Below, in pieces: positions 7,707 to 16,554 of a stretch of DNA of 64,000 bases; within the stretch, counting starts at the first letter, position 1; every line of letters starts with the position of its first letter. The notes beneath the pieces were generated by a model that was not told where the DNA came from, searched no databases, and was given only the letters and a program-made list of their open reading frames with translations. The position numbers were made by a program, and so were the translations under genes. Source of the DNA: an uncultured Spirochaetota bacterium (GTDB lineage: Bacteria; Spirochaetota; Spirochaetia; SZUA-6; Fen-1364); contig CAWAHW010000001.1 of NCBI GenBank assembly GCA_963781885.1, positions 288,001 through 352,000 of the forward strand, in the 5' to 3' direction.

Positions 7707-10101
7707 TTCCCTGCTCCATTCGTGAAAGCATTTCCTCATCCGTGTCCGAGAAGGACGCGCAGACCACGAGCTTCGTCCACGCAGACTCCGTGGTGAGCGG
7801 GCCCAGGGGAATGGCCCCTTCGCGCCACAGCTCGTGGGAGCTCGTGTAGCGGGAGAAGTCCACGATGCCCTCCTGCTGCGAGGTGCAGAATATGTGCACG
7901 CCCTTCTCCCGCGCGGCAAGGAGCGCACGTCGCAGCGAGTAGGGGGAGTCGCGGAGATTTGCCGTGCCCGTGTCATAAAGCTCGAGCACGAAGTTCTTCA
8001 CGCCGCGATCCATGAGCTCGATGAGATGGTCGCCCCGCATGCCCGGGTAGACGCGGAGGATGAGGGAGGTGTCGATGGCGGCCTCCAGGCGCGCGCGCAA
8101 CGCGTCGCGGTCCTGCGCGAAGGGCACCTCCGCAAAGAGCGGGCTCCCGGTGTGACAGGGTTTCGCCATGTTCCAGTTGCGAAACCCGTCGGCAGCGATG
8201 CGCTCGAATTTCAGATTGACCGGCGAAAGGATCCGGCCCCCGAATGCGACATACACCCCGGGCTCCATCTCCTCCGCGGCCTGTATCGCGCGGCGCAGCG
8301 TGGGAATGGCGTCGCTGCCCGGCCAACCCGCCGGCTGCAGGGCTGCGGCAAGCACGATGGGCACGGGAGGCCGGGGGAAAAGCCAGTACACGAGCGACGC
8401 CGTGTAAGACAAGGTGTCCGTGCCGTGCGTCACGACGATGCCCGCCGCCCTTCCGCCGCGCAGCCTTTCGTCGATGAGGGAAATGAGCCGCGCCCAGTCA
8501 TCGGGGGTGATCTCTTCCGAAAGGATGCGGCCGACCTCACCCTCTTCGAATGCGATCTTTCGGGAAAAGGCGCCTTCCGCTTCCAGGAGGCGCATGATCT
8601 CCGCGGGGTCGCCTGCCCCGACGTCGCCTTGCGCGGAGGTGGTGCCCGCAATGGCGCCGCCCAGGGAAAGGATCTGGATCACCGACACGGCGAGCTTCTG
8701 CTTCACCAGGGATTGCACGCGCGCGGGGTCGGCGCGACCCGAGGTGGCGTGCATGATCTCACCGATCAGGAACGTGGTGGGCCTGCTGTCGCCGCCGCGG
8801 ATGGTGGCCACCGCCGCCGGGTGAGCAGCCATGACCTTTTCAATATAGCCGGCCAGGACGCCGGGGTCCGTGATCTGTTCCCAGCCCTTTTCCCGGATTA
8901 TCGCCGCGGGATCCTTGTCCTCCGCGAATATCGCTTCGACCACGGACTTGGCGATGCGGCCGTGGATGCGCTTGTCCGCCAGGAGCTGGAGCATTTCCGC
9001 GAAGCGCTCCGGTGTGAGCGGGCTCTGGGAAAGAGACGCCCCTGTCCGATTGAGATGCTTCTTCACGTCGGAGGCAAGCCAGAGCGCCGCGCTTTTCGCA
9101 TCCGCTCCCCGCTTCACCGAGGCTTCGAAGAAATCCGCCGTTTCCCTCTCTTCGCAGAGGAAGTCAGCCTGGTCCTCCGACAGCCCCATCGCGTCGATGA
9201 AGCGCTTCTTGCGCGCCTCGGGAAGCTCCACGAGTGCCCTCTCCACGCCGCGGAGGAAGTCCGCATCCGGGGCGAAGGGCGGCAGGTCGGGCTCGGGGAA
9301 ATAGCGGTAGTCGGACGAGCTCTCCTTTGTCCGCATGCTCTCCGTCACGTCGCGGTTCTCGTTCCACAGGCGCGTCTCCTGCGTGACGGTGCCTCCCCGG
9401 CTCAGGATCTCCGTCTGGCGCTCGATCTCGAACGTGATCGCTTTGCGGACGAACTTGAAGGAGTTGAGGTTCTTCACCTCGACCTTGCACCCCAGTCCCT
9501 GCCCCTCGAGATTGACGGACACGTTGGCATCGCAGCGCAGCGAGCCTTCCTCCATGTTCCCGTCGCAGACCCCGAGATAGCGCACCATGCGGCGGAGCTG
9601 TTGGAGGAAGACCTCCGCCTCTTCCCCGACCTCCAGGTCGGGCTGCGTGACGATCTCCAGGAGAGGCGTACCGGCCCGGTTGTAGTCCAGGAGAGTCATG
9701 TCCCCGGCATGGATCATCTTGCCGGCGTCCTCCTCCAGGTGCACCTCCCGGATGCGGACGCGCTTGCGGCGCTTGCGCAGCTCGATGTCCACCCAGCCGT
9801 CGGTGCCCAACGGGGAGCGGAACTGCGAAATCTGGTAGTTCTTCGGCAGGTCGGGATAGAAGTAGTTCTTCCGCTCGAAGAGCGTGGAGGCGGCAAGGGT
9901 GCAGTTCAGCGCGCGCGCAACGACGTAGCCCATGCGGATCGCTTCCGCGTTCAGGGCGGGGAGCACCCCAGGATAGCCCATGCAGACGGGGCAGACATTC
10001 GTGTTGGGCTCGGAGCCGAAGGCGGCGCGGCAACCGCAGAAGACCTTCGTCCGCGTGAGAAGCTGGGTGTGGACCTCAAGACCGAGGTAGGAGACGTACA
10101 T
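7687..10101 (-). CDS. gatB: Asp/Glu-tRNA amidotransferase subunit B fused to a C-terminal L-asparaginase/GatD-like domain
   Basis: GLEVHTQL, RKNYFYPDLPKNYQISQ, YRYFPEPDL, then in the same frame LSLGGAIAG…GIVVTHGTDTLSYTAS…LTTESAWTKL; GGAGGT RBS before ATG 10101. Confidence 0.93.
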   Translation of the reverse strand: MYVSYLGLEVHTQLLTRTKVFCGCRAAFGSEPNTNVCPVCMGYPGVLPALNAEAIRMGYVVARALNCTLAASTLFERKNYFYPDLPKNYQISQFRSPLGTDGWVDIELRKRRKRVRIREVHLEEDAGKMIHAGDMTLLDYNRAGTPLLEIVTQPDLEVGEEAEVFLQQLRRMVRYLGVCDGNMEEGSLRCDANVSVNLEGQGLGCKVEVKNLNSFKFVRKAITFEIERQTEILSRGGTVTQETRLWNENRDVTESMRTKESSSDYRYFPEPDLPPFAPDADFLRGVERALVELPEARKKRFIDAMGLSEDQADFLCEERETADFFEASVKRGADAKSAALWLASDVKKHLNRTGASLSQSPLTPERFAEMLQLLADKRIHGRIAKSVVEAIFAEDKDPAAIIREKGWEQITDPGVLAGYIEKVMAAHPAAVATIRGGDSRPTTFLIGEIMHATSGRADPARVQSLVKQKLAVSVIQILSLGGAIAGTTSAQGDVGAGDPAEIMRLLEAEGAFSRKIAFEEGEVGRILSEEITPDDWARLISLIDERLRGGRAAGIVVTHGTDTLSYTASLVYWLFPRPPVPIVLAAALQPAGWPGSDAIPTLRRAIQAAEEMEPGVYVAFGGRILSPVNLKFERIAADGFRNWNMAKPCHTGSPLFAEVPFAQDRDALRARLEAAIDTSLILRVYPGMRGDHLIELMDRGVKNFVLELYDTGTANLRDSPYSLRRALLAAREKGVHIFCTSQQEGIVDFSRYTSSHELWREGAIPLGPLTTESAWTKLVVCASFSDTDEEMLSRMEQGNADACL

Positions 10102-10103
10102 CG

Positions 10104-11487
10104 CTACCTCCATCCTGCCGGAAAGCCCGGAGCATCGGGGGACGGGAAGGCCTTCTCCAGCTCTCGGCAGGCAGCGAAAAGCGCGTCCTCCCCGAAGGCA
10201 GGAGCGAGGAACTGCATGCCGATGGGCAGCCCCGCCTCCACCGCGGCGGGAAAGGAGAGGGCGGGCAGCCCCGCGAGATTGGCGGCGCAGGTGAAGATGT
10301 CGGCGAGCTTCTGCGTGAAAGGATCCGCATCGGCGCCTCCCCGTGTGAAAGGCGGCACCGGATAGACGGGCATGAGCACGAGGTCCACGCCGCTGAATGC
10401 CTTCTGGAAGTCATTGCGGATTGCCGTACGGATCTTCTGCGCCCGCAGGTAGTACTCGTCCTGAAAGCCCGAGCGCAGGACGTAGGTGCCCAGGAGGATG
10501 CGCAGCTTCACCTCGGGCCCCAGCCCTGCCGTGCGGGAGGCAACCGTCATGGCATCCGGCGTCTCCGCGCGCGGCGAGCGTTTTCCGTAACGCACGCCGT
10601 CGAAACGGGCCAGGTTTGCGCTCGCCTCTGCCGTGGCAATGACATAATAGGAGGAGACAACGTGGTCCAAGGTCGGAAACGATATCTCGTGCACCGCGTG
10701 GCCCAGCTCTTCCAGCCTGCGCCGTGTCTTTTCGAAGGTCTTCTTCACGTCGGCATGCATGGGCACGTCGGCGCACTCCCGCGGCACGCCGATGGAGAGC
10801 TTCCCCCGGGGCTTGCCTGCCCGGCTGCCACGCGAGGGACGACTGGTCGAGCGCATCGGCGCCGCGCATGAGGGAAAAGGCCTTCTCCGTCATGTCCACG
10901 GTCTTTGCCATGACGCCGATCACTTCCAGGGACGAGGCGTAGGCGACAAGCCCGAATCGGGAGACTGCTCCCCAGGTAGGCTTCAGGCCGTAGATGCCGC
11001 AAAAGGAAGCCGGCTGCCGGACGGATCCGCCCGTGTCGCTTCCCAGCCCGAATGCCGCAAAGCCGGCGGCAACCGCCGCGGCAGACCCGCCGCTTGAGCC
11101 CCCCGGCACCCGGTCGGGGTTCCACGGGTTTCGCGTGACCTTGAGGGCGGAGTTCTCCGTGGACGAGCCCATGCCGAACTCGTCGAGATTCGTCTTTCCG
11201 GCAACCACCGCGCCCGCCTTCTGCAGCCGTTCCACCACCGTGGCCGAGTAGGGAGAGACGAAATCGGAGAGCAGCCGGGAGCCGCAGGTGAGTCGGAAGC
11301 CGCGGACGGCGATATTGTCCTTGACGGCAAATGGAACGCCCGCAAGCGGACCCTCCGGGGCGGAATCCGCCGCGCCGAGAACGGGATCGAACTGGAGGAA
11401 GCTGCCCACGGCGTCATCGCGCGACGCGACGAAAGCCTTCCACCGCTCCCGTGATTCCGCATGTGCCGCCAGGCCCAGCCAGTCCAT
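10104..11487 (-). CDS. gatA: Amidotransferase subunit A, split by a one-base frameshift near 10803-10811 (probable sequencing error)
   Basis: N-terminal frame has [30 protein letters not shown]; C-terminal frame has [28 protein letters not shown]; removing one G from CCCCGGGGG joins them. Confidence 0.9.
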
Positions 11488-11522
11488 TGTTCCTCCGCCG
11501 CGAATCGGCGCGTCGCGATGTT

Positions 11523-11801
11523 TCAGAGTACGTTCGGAATGACGATGAAGCGGTCCTCGCGCTCGGGAGAGCTGTCGAGGAGCGTGGCGGAGAGCGACGG
11601 CCCGGTTTCGACGTCCGCGCGAAGGCGATTCTCGCGCAGAAGCGGGTGGGTGGTCGGCTCCAAGCCTTGAATGTCGATCTCTTTCATGTGGGAGAAGTGC
11701 TGGAGCATCTGCTCGACGGCGACTCCGAGCCTGCCAAGCTCATCATCGGTCAGGGACAGGCGGGCCATGCGTGCCGTGAGCTTGAGCTCCGTGGCGTCCA
11801 T
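11523..11801 (-). CDS. gatC: Amidotransferase subunit C
   Basis: TARMARLSL…LEPTTHP…LRAD…FIVIPNVL; first gene of the gat operon. Confidence 0.9.
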   Translation of the reverse strand: MDATELKLTARMARLSLTDDELGRLGVAVEQMLQHFSHMKEIDIQGLEPTTHPLLRENRLRADVETGPSLSATLLDSSPEREDRFIVIPNVL

Positions 11802-11807
11802 GGACAC

Positions 11808-11836
11808 AGTTAACCCGCGCCCCCCTGTCCTGTCAA
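11808..11836 (-). promoter_or_regulatory. sigma70 promoter of the gat operon, probably leaderless
   Basis: TTGACA-17nt-TTAACT; 6 nt separate the -10 from ATG 11801. Confidence 0.6.
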
Positions 11837-12014
11837 GGCGCGGGGGGTGTGCGGCAACGGCGCGACGTTAGCTGACGTTCGACGCTTGACGCCACACGGT
11901 CGGTATCCGTACATTCTCTAGGGGGATTCTCGCTCCCATCACACAAGGACCTTCTTTCGCGCAACGCACGGCACAGGAAGATGCGATTTTACACCTTCCG
12001 GTCGAAAATTGCGT

Positions 12015-12042
12015 TTGACGATGAGCACATGCATGGTACAAT
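12015..12042 (+). promoter_or_regulatory. sigma70 promoter with extended -10
   Basis: TTGACG-16nt-(TGG)TACAAT; a second TTGACG-18-TACATT lies at 11886-11915. Confidence 0.6.
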
Positions 12043-12068
12043 ACTGCGCGCAAAAACGAGGAACATGA

Positions 12069-13490
12069 GTGGTAAAAAAGGATTTCCCCAAGATACATTT
12101 CTACGATCAGGATCTCGTATCGCTCTATGATGAAACGTGGCTTCTGATCAAGGACTATTGGAAAAAGGGCACCGAGGCAAACGGGTTTCACGGCCGCTAC
12201 TTCGCGCACCCCGACAGCGTGCGCATCAACCAGTTCGATGCCTGCTTCGCCACTTTCTTCCTCGTCTATTCCAATCGCATATTCCCCGTGATGTCCTGCC
12301 TGGACAATTTCTATTCCCGGCAGGAGGAGTCGGGCGCCATCCGCGGCGAATACCGGGAATCCGACGGCAAGCCCGTCCACTCGAAGGACAATCCCAAGGG
12401 CGTTCTCCCGCCCCTTTTCGCCTGGGCGGAGTTCAATATCTACCACAAGCTCGGGGTGAAGAAGCGCATCCGCGAAGTGCTGCCGGTGCTGGAGAAGTAC
12501 TTCCGCTGGATCGAAGAGAACTTCAAGACGGCCAGCGGCATGTACTCCGTGCCGCTCGCCGCGACAATGATGGAAAACTCGCCCCGGGACGGCATGTTTT
12601 ACCCCATCGATTTCAACTCGCAGATGGCGCTCTCCGCGTTCTATATCTCGGAGCTCGCCGACATCATCAATGACAAGGAGACAAACTATACCTACAAAAA
12701 GGCCTACTTCTCGCTGAAGACGAAGATCAACGCCCTGATGTGGGACGAGCGGGACGGCTTCTACTACGACCTGGACGAATCGGAAAAGCGGCTCAAGGTG
12801 AAAACTATCGCCTCGTTCTGGCCGCTGATCGCCGAGATTCCCAACGAGGCGCGCGGGGAAAGGCTCATCGAGCACCTCGTGGATCCCCACGAGTTCGGCA
12901 TCGAGAACCCATTCCCCACGCTGGCCGTCAAGGACAAGAGATTCGACACGCAGGGGTCGGGATATCGGGGATCCGTCTACCCGCCGTACAATTACATGAT
13001 CATCAAAGGCCTGGAGAAATACAAAAGGCACGACCTCTCGCGGGAGTTCGCCATCCGGCACCTCTATCACGTACTGGACGGGCTGTACACGACCAGCGGC
13101 AAGAAGGGCTCCCTCTACGAGGCATATGCCCCGCACACGGAAGGCCCGGCGAAATGGCCGGGGAAAAAGGGCTTCCCCCGCACGATGTTTGCGCCCTACA
13201 CGGCGCTCACGACCATTTCCCTCATGCTCGAGAATATCATCGGGCTTGATATCTCCCTGCCGCGGAAGACCGTGGACTGGACCATCCCCACGCTGGAGGC
13301 AATGGGCATCGACGACCTTGCGCTGAAACGCAACCTCATCTCCATCCTTAGCGCAAAAAGCAGCAGGGGCTGGGAAGTGCACCTGGAAAGCGAAAAGCTG
13401 TATTACCTGACCATCGACCTTTTTGGCGCGCGCAGCAAAACGTTGCCCATTCCGTCAGGCAGATGCTCCATCCTGGTGGATAAGCTGTAG
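12069..13490 (+). CDS. GH63/MGH1-like (trehalase-fold) glycoside hydrolase
   Basis: PPLFAWAE, MENSPR, LMWDERDGFYYD, YRGSVYPPYNYMIIKGL, LYEAY; no signal peptide. Confidence 0.8.
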   Translation: MVKKDFPKIHFYDQDLVSLYDETWLLIKDYWKKGTEANGFHGRYFAHPDSVRINQFDACFATFFLVYSNRIFPVMSCLDNFYSRQEESGAIRGEYRESDGKPVHSKDNPKGVLPPLFAWAEFNIYHKLGVKKRIREVLPVLEKYFRWIEENFKTASGMYSVPLAATMMENSPRDGMFYPIDFNSQMALSAFYISELADIINDKETNYTYKKAYFSLKTKINALMWDERDGFYYDLDESEKRLKVKTIASFWPLIAEIPNEARGERLIEHLVDPHEFGIENPFPTLAVKDKRFDTQGSGYRGSVYPPYNYMIIKGLEKYKRHDLSREFAIRHLYHVLDGLYTTSGKKGSLYEAYAPHTEGPAKWPGKKGFPRTMFAPYTALTTISLMLENIIGLDISLPRKTVDWTIPTLEAMGIDDLALKRNLISILSAKSSRGWEVHLESEKLYYLTIDLFGARSKTLPIPSGRCSILVDKL

Positions 13491-13560
13491 CCGCGGATGG
13501 CGAAATCGGCCGAGGCCGTGGATGGCCGAGAGGCCGATTAGGGAGGGGCAAGGCTCTTCG

Positions 13561-14148
13561 CTAGAAGGCGTTGCGTCCCTTGAATGAACGCATGAGGGTC
13601 TGCTTGTCGGCGTACTCCAGATCGCCGCCAACGGGAAGCCCAAAGGCAATGCGTGAGACCTTGACGCCCGTTTCCTTGAGCGCCTTCACCATGTAAAGGG
13701 CCGTGGTCTCGCCTTCAACGGTCGGGTTTGTCGCGAGTATCACTTCCTGCACGCCGCCTCTTTTCACCCTTTCGACGAGCGAGCCGATGCGGAGGCTGTC
13801 AGGTCCGATCCCATCGATGGGGGAGATCGCTCCCATGAGGACGTGGTAGAGCCCGTGGTGCTCGTGGATGGATTCGATGGTGAGCACGTCGCGGGGCTCC
13901 TCCACGACGCAGATCGACGCGCGATCGCGCGACGCGTCCGTGCAGATGCTGCACGGGTCAACGTCTGTATACGTTCCGCACATGCTGCACGGCCGGATCG
14001 TCTCCCGCAGCCGGCCCAGGTCTTCCGCGAGCGCCCGCACGAGCGATTCGTCGGTGCGCAGGAGGTAGTAGGCGATGCGCGACGCGCTTTTTCTCCCCAG
14101 GCCGGGAAGACGCGCGAGATTGCCCATCAGCCTCTCAAGGGCATTCAT
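13561..14148 (-). CDS. recR: Recombination mediator RecR
   Basis: LPGLGRKSA, C4 zinc finger, ATNPTVEGETTA, GGDLEYAD. Confidence 0.97.
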   Translation of the reverse strand: MNALERLMGNLARLPGLGRKSASRIAYYLLRTDESLVRALAEDLGRLRETIRPCSMCGTYTDVDPCSICTDASRDRASICVVEEPRDVLTIESIHEHHGLYHVLMGAISPIDGIGPDSLRIGSLVERVKRGGVQEVILATNPTVEGETTALYMVKALKETGVKVSRIAFGLPVGGDLEYADKQTLMRSFKGRNAF

Positions 14149-14150
14149 GC

Positions 14151-14474
14151 TCAGAGCCCGAACATCCCCGGCGGCAGGCCCAGCATCCCCGTTGCCTGGG
14201 AGACCTCGTCGCGTATCTTTTCCTTTAGCCGTGCAAGCGCGTCCGTCATGGCGGCCAGCACGAGGTCCTGCAGCATCGGCACGTCGCGTGGGTCCACCGC
14301 CTCCGGGGCGATGGTCACCTTCTCCACCAGCATCTGGCCGTTCATCTCCACGGTCACCATGCCGCCGCCGGCGGAGCCGGTGACGCGCACGGTCTTCAGC
14401 TTCTCCTGGATCTCCCCGACGCGGGATTGCAGCCCCTGGAGCTGCTTCAGCATCTCAAACGGATTTGTCGCCAT
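14151..14474 (-). CDS. ybaB: YbaB/EbfC nucleoid-associated protein
   Basis: GSAGGGMVTV, LQDLVLAA; between dnaX and recR. Confidence 0.93.
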   Translation of the reverse strand: MATNPFEMLKQLQGLQSRVGEIQEKLKTVRVTGSAGGGMVTVEMNGQMLVEKVTIAPEAVDPRDVPMLQDLVLAAMTDALARLKEKIRDEVSQATGMLGLPPGMFGL

Positions 14475-16008
14475 GCCCTTCCCCTTTCACGACCTCGCCG
14501 CGGAACACCTTGCGGAGCAGCTCCACCCTCTGGTCCACCTTCACCGGTTCCACGTGCGCTTCGCTATAGACCGAGCGCACGCGCTTCACCGTCGGCAGAA
14601 ACGCCGCAACGCGCGTCGTGAGCATATCCTTGTCCGTCTGCACGACCTCGCCCTGGAATCGGTCCCGTGCAGAAAATGTCATGACGAGGTCTTCCCCTTC
14701 CAAGGACGCGGAGAGGACCCGGTCCAGGGCCGAGGAGAGCGCCGGCTTCTCCCGGCGCAGCGCCTCGCCGATCTTTTTGATCACCTGCACGGGCTCGATC
14801 GCTGCCGCATCCACCTGCACCGGCACGGCGGCAGGCGCCGCGGCCGCGATGTGCACCCCCGGCGTGCCGACGATCTGAGCGCGCATATCCTGCAAAGCCT
14901 GGCGCATCTCCTGCGGGCTGATGAGCGCGTCCAACTCTGAAAGGCGCGTGAGGAGAAGCTCGAGCTCGAAACGCTGGTTGAGGGAAAACCGTATGTTGCG
15001 GTACAGGCTCAGGAGCAGCTCGATCGCCTTCTCGATCTGCTCCGCCCGCAGGGATTGGAGGACGCCGGCGTCGAAATCCTCCGGCGCATAGCCCAACAGG
15101 GTGTCCTTCGTGATGCCGCTCTTCAGGAAGAGCAGGTTGCGGAAATACTCGGTGAGGTTGACGACGAACTGCTCGAGGGAGACCCCCGACGCGAGCACGG
15201 TGTCCACGCGCTCGAGGACCTTGCCGACGTCTCCTGCGCGCAAAAGACGCGCGAAATCGTTCAGCTCGTCGATGCCGAGCACCCCGAGCTTCTCCCGGAT
15301 GCGGTCCAGCGTGAGGGAGCCGTCCGCGAAAGACGCCACCTGGTCGAGCAGTGTGTACGCGTCGCGCAGGGACCCGGTCGCCTCCTTCGCGATCCAGATC
15401 AGCGCGCGGTCCTCCGCCTGGAGACCCAGCTCACCGGCCGCCTCGCGCAGCTTCTCCTTGATCTCCCCCGTGGAGATGAGACGGAAATTGTACTGCTGGC
15501 ACCGGGAGCGGATGGTGGCAGGGACCTTGTGGACCTCGGTGGTGGCAAAGATGAACACGATGTAGGGCGGCGGCTCCTCGATGGTCTTCAGGAGCGCATT
15601 GAAGGCGCTGTTGGAGAGCATGTGCACTTCATCGATGATATACACCTTGAAGCGCCCCACATTCGGCGCGAAGAGCACCTCGTCGCGGATGGCCCGCACG
15701 TCGTTCACGCTCGTGTTGGAGGCGCCGTCGATCTCGATGACGTCGAGGCTTGCCCCGCGCGCGATCTCCGTGCAGCTCGCGCAGACCCCGCAGGGTGAAT
15801 CCGTCGGGCCCTTCTCACAGTTCAGCGCGCGCGCGAGGATCCGCGCGACGGAGGTCTTCCCCACGCCGCGGGGGCCGGCAAAAAGGTAGGCGTGCGCGAT
15901 GCGCCCCTGGCGGATGGAGCTGGTGAGTGTGGCGGTGACGAACTCCTGGCCGACGAGCTGGAGAAAGTTCTGGGGCCGCTTGCGCGTCGAGGTGACTTCA
16001 TACGACAT
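14455..16008 (-). CDS. dnaX: DNA polymerase III subunit gamma/tau
   Basis: GPRGVGKTS, EIDGASN, IIDEVHML, SRCQ. Confidence 0.97.
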   Translation of the reverse strand: MSYEVTSTRKRPQNFLQLVGQEFVTATLTSSIRQGRIAHAYLFAGPRGVGKTSVARILARALNCEKGPTDSPCGVCASCTEIARGASLDVIEIDGASNTSVNDVRAIRDEVLFAPNVGRFKVYIIDEVHMLSNSAFNALLKTIEEPPPYIVFIFATTEVHKVPATIRSRCQQYNFRLISTGEIKEKLREAAGELGLQAEDRALIWIAKEATGSLRDAYTLLDQVASFADGSLTLDRIREKLGVLGIDELNDFARLLRAGDVGKVLERVDTVLASGVSLEQFVVNLTEYFRNLLFLKSGITKDTLLGYAPEDFDAGVLQSLRAEQIEKAIELLLSLYRNIRFSLNQRFELELLLTRLSELDALISPQEMRQALQDMRAQIVGTPGVHIAAAAPAAVPVQVDAAAIEPVQVIKKIGEALRREKPALSSALDRVLSASLEGEDLVMTFSARDRFQGEVVQTDKDMLTTRVAAFLPTVKRVRSVYSEAHVEPVKVDQRVELLRKVFRGEVVKGEGHGDKSV

Positions 16009-16022
16009 GTTCGTAGGCCTCC

Positions 16023-16070
16023 GCGCCGCGGTATTCCGCGGATTCTGGCGCCGCGGTATTCCGCGGATTC
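16023..16070. repeat. Tandem direct repeat, 2 x 23 bp (period 25)
   Basis: GCGCCGCGGTATTCCGCGGATTC at 16023-16045 and 16048-16070. Confidence 0.85.
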
Positions 16071-16088
16071 AGCCGACGGCCGGAAAAG

Positions 16089-16218
16089 CAACCCCTCCAG
16101 CTCCGTCCAAGCCTCTTACGGCTCATGAACACGCTGCTTACCGCTGCTCCCTTCCGGGCCTGACGGGGTTAGGCAACAGCCCATAGCGTATGACCTGAAC
16201 ATCAACGCCAAAGGGGTT
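16089..16218 (-). ncRNA. ffs: Signal recognition particle RNA
   Basis: Domain IV motif GTCAGGCCCGGAAGGGAGCAGC inside a long hairpin closed by AACCCCT/AGGGGTT; upstream of dnaX; ends approximate. Confidence 0.9.
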
Positions 16219-16221
16219 GTA

Positions 16222-16308
16222 CGGAGAGAGTGGGATTCGAACCCACGGTACCCTTACGAGTACACACGCCTTCCAAGCGTGCACCTTCGGCCACTCGGTC
16301 ATCTCTCC
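16222..16308 (-). tRNA. tRNA-Ser(GGA)
   Basis: GGAGAGATGACCGAGTGG…CACGC TT GGA AG GCGTG…long variable arm…GGTTCGAATCC. Confidence 0.95.
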
Positions 16309-16456
16309 AAGCACCTTCCCGCGCCCGTGCCTCCGGCGGGCTCTCGTGCGGTCTGACGGTGCGGGGGCGGCTGCGGACGGGCAGGCGCCCGGGCACCCCG
16401 GACGAGCGTGCGGACGCTCGGATACCGTTCGTGGTGCCGGCGTGAAAAAGACCTCG

Positions 16457-16543
16457 CGGAGAGAGTGGGATTCGAACCCACGGAGCCGCAAGCGGCTCAA
16501 CGGTTTTCGAGACCGCCCGATTCGACCGCTCTCGCATCTCTCC
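16457..16543 (-). tRNA. tRNA-Ser(CGA)
   Basis: Anticodon arm GCGGT CT CGA AA ACCGT; long variable arm. Confidence 0.95.
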
Positions 16544-16554
16544 CTTTTCGACTA

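Noticed and set aside
7834-10365. 843-aa ORF antisense to gatB, and similar long antisense ORFs (11868-13382, 33400-35247, 44496-46721, 46938-49349, 49301-51649)
   Set aside because: Shadow ORFs expected opposite GC3-rich genes; no recognisable motifs, and each fully overlaps a confident gene
14772-14779. C-AAA-AAG in dnaX as a possible gamma/tau -1 frameshift site
   Set aside because: Lacks the full A-AAA-AAG heptamer, and I saw no nearby stop in the -1 frame
16023-16070. CRISPR-like repeat
   Set aside because: Only two copies, 2 nt apart, with no spacers and no cas genes
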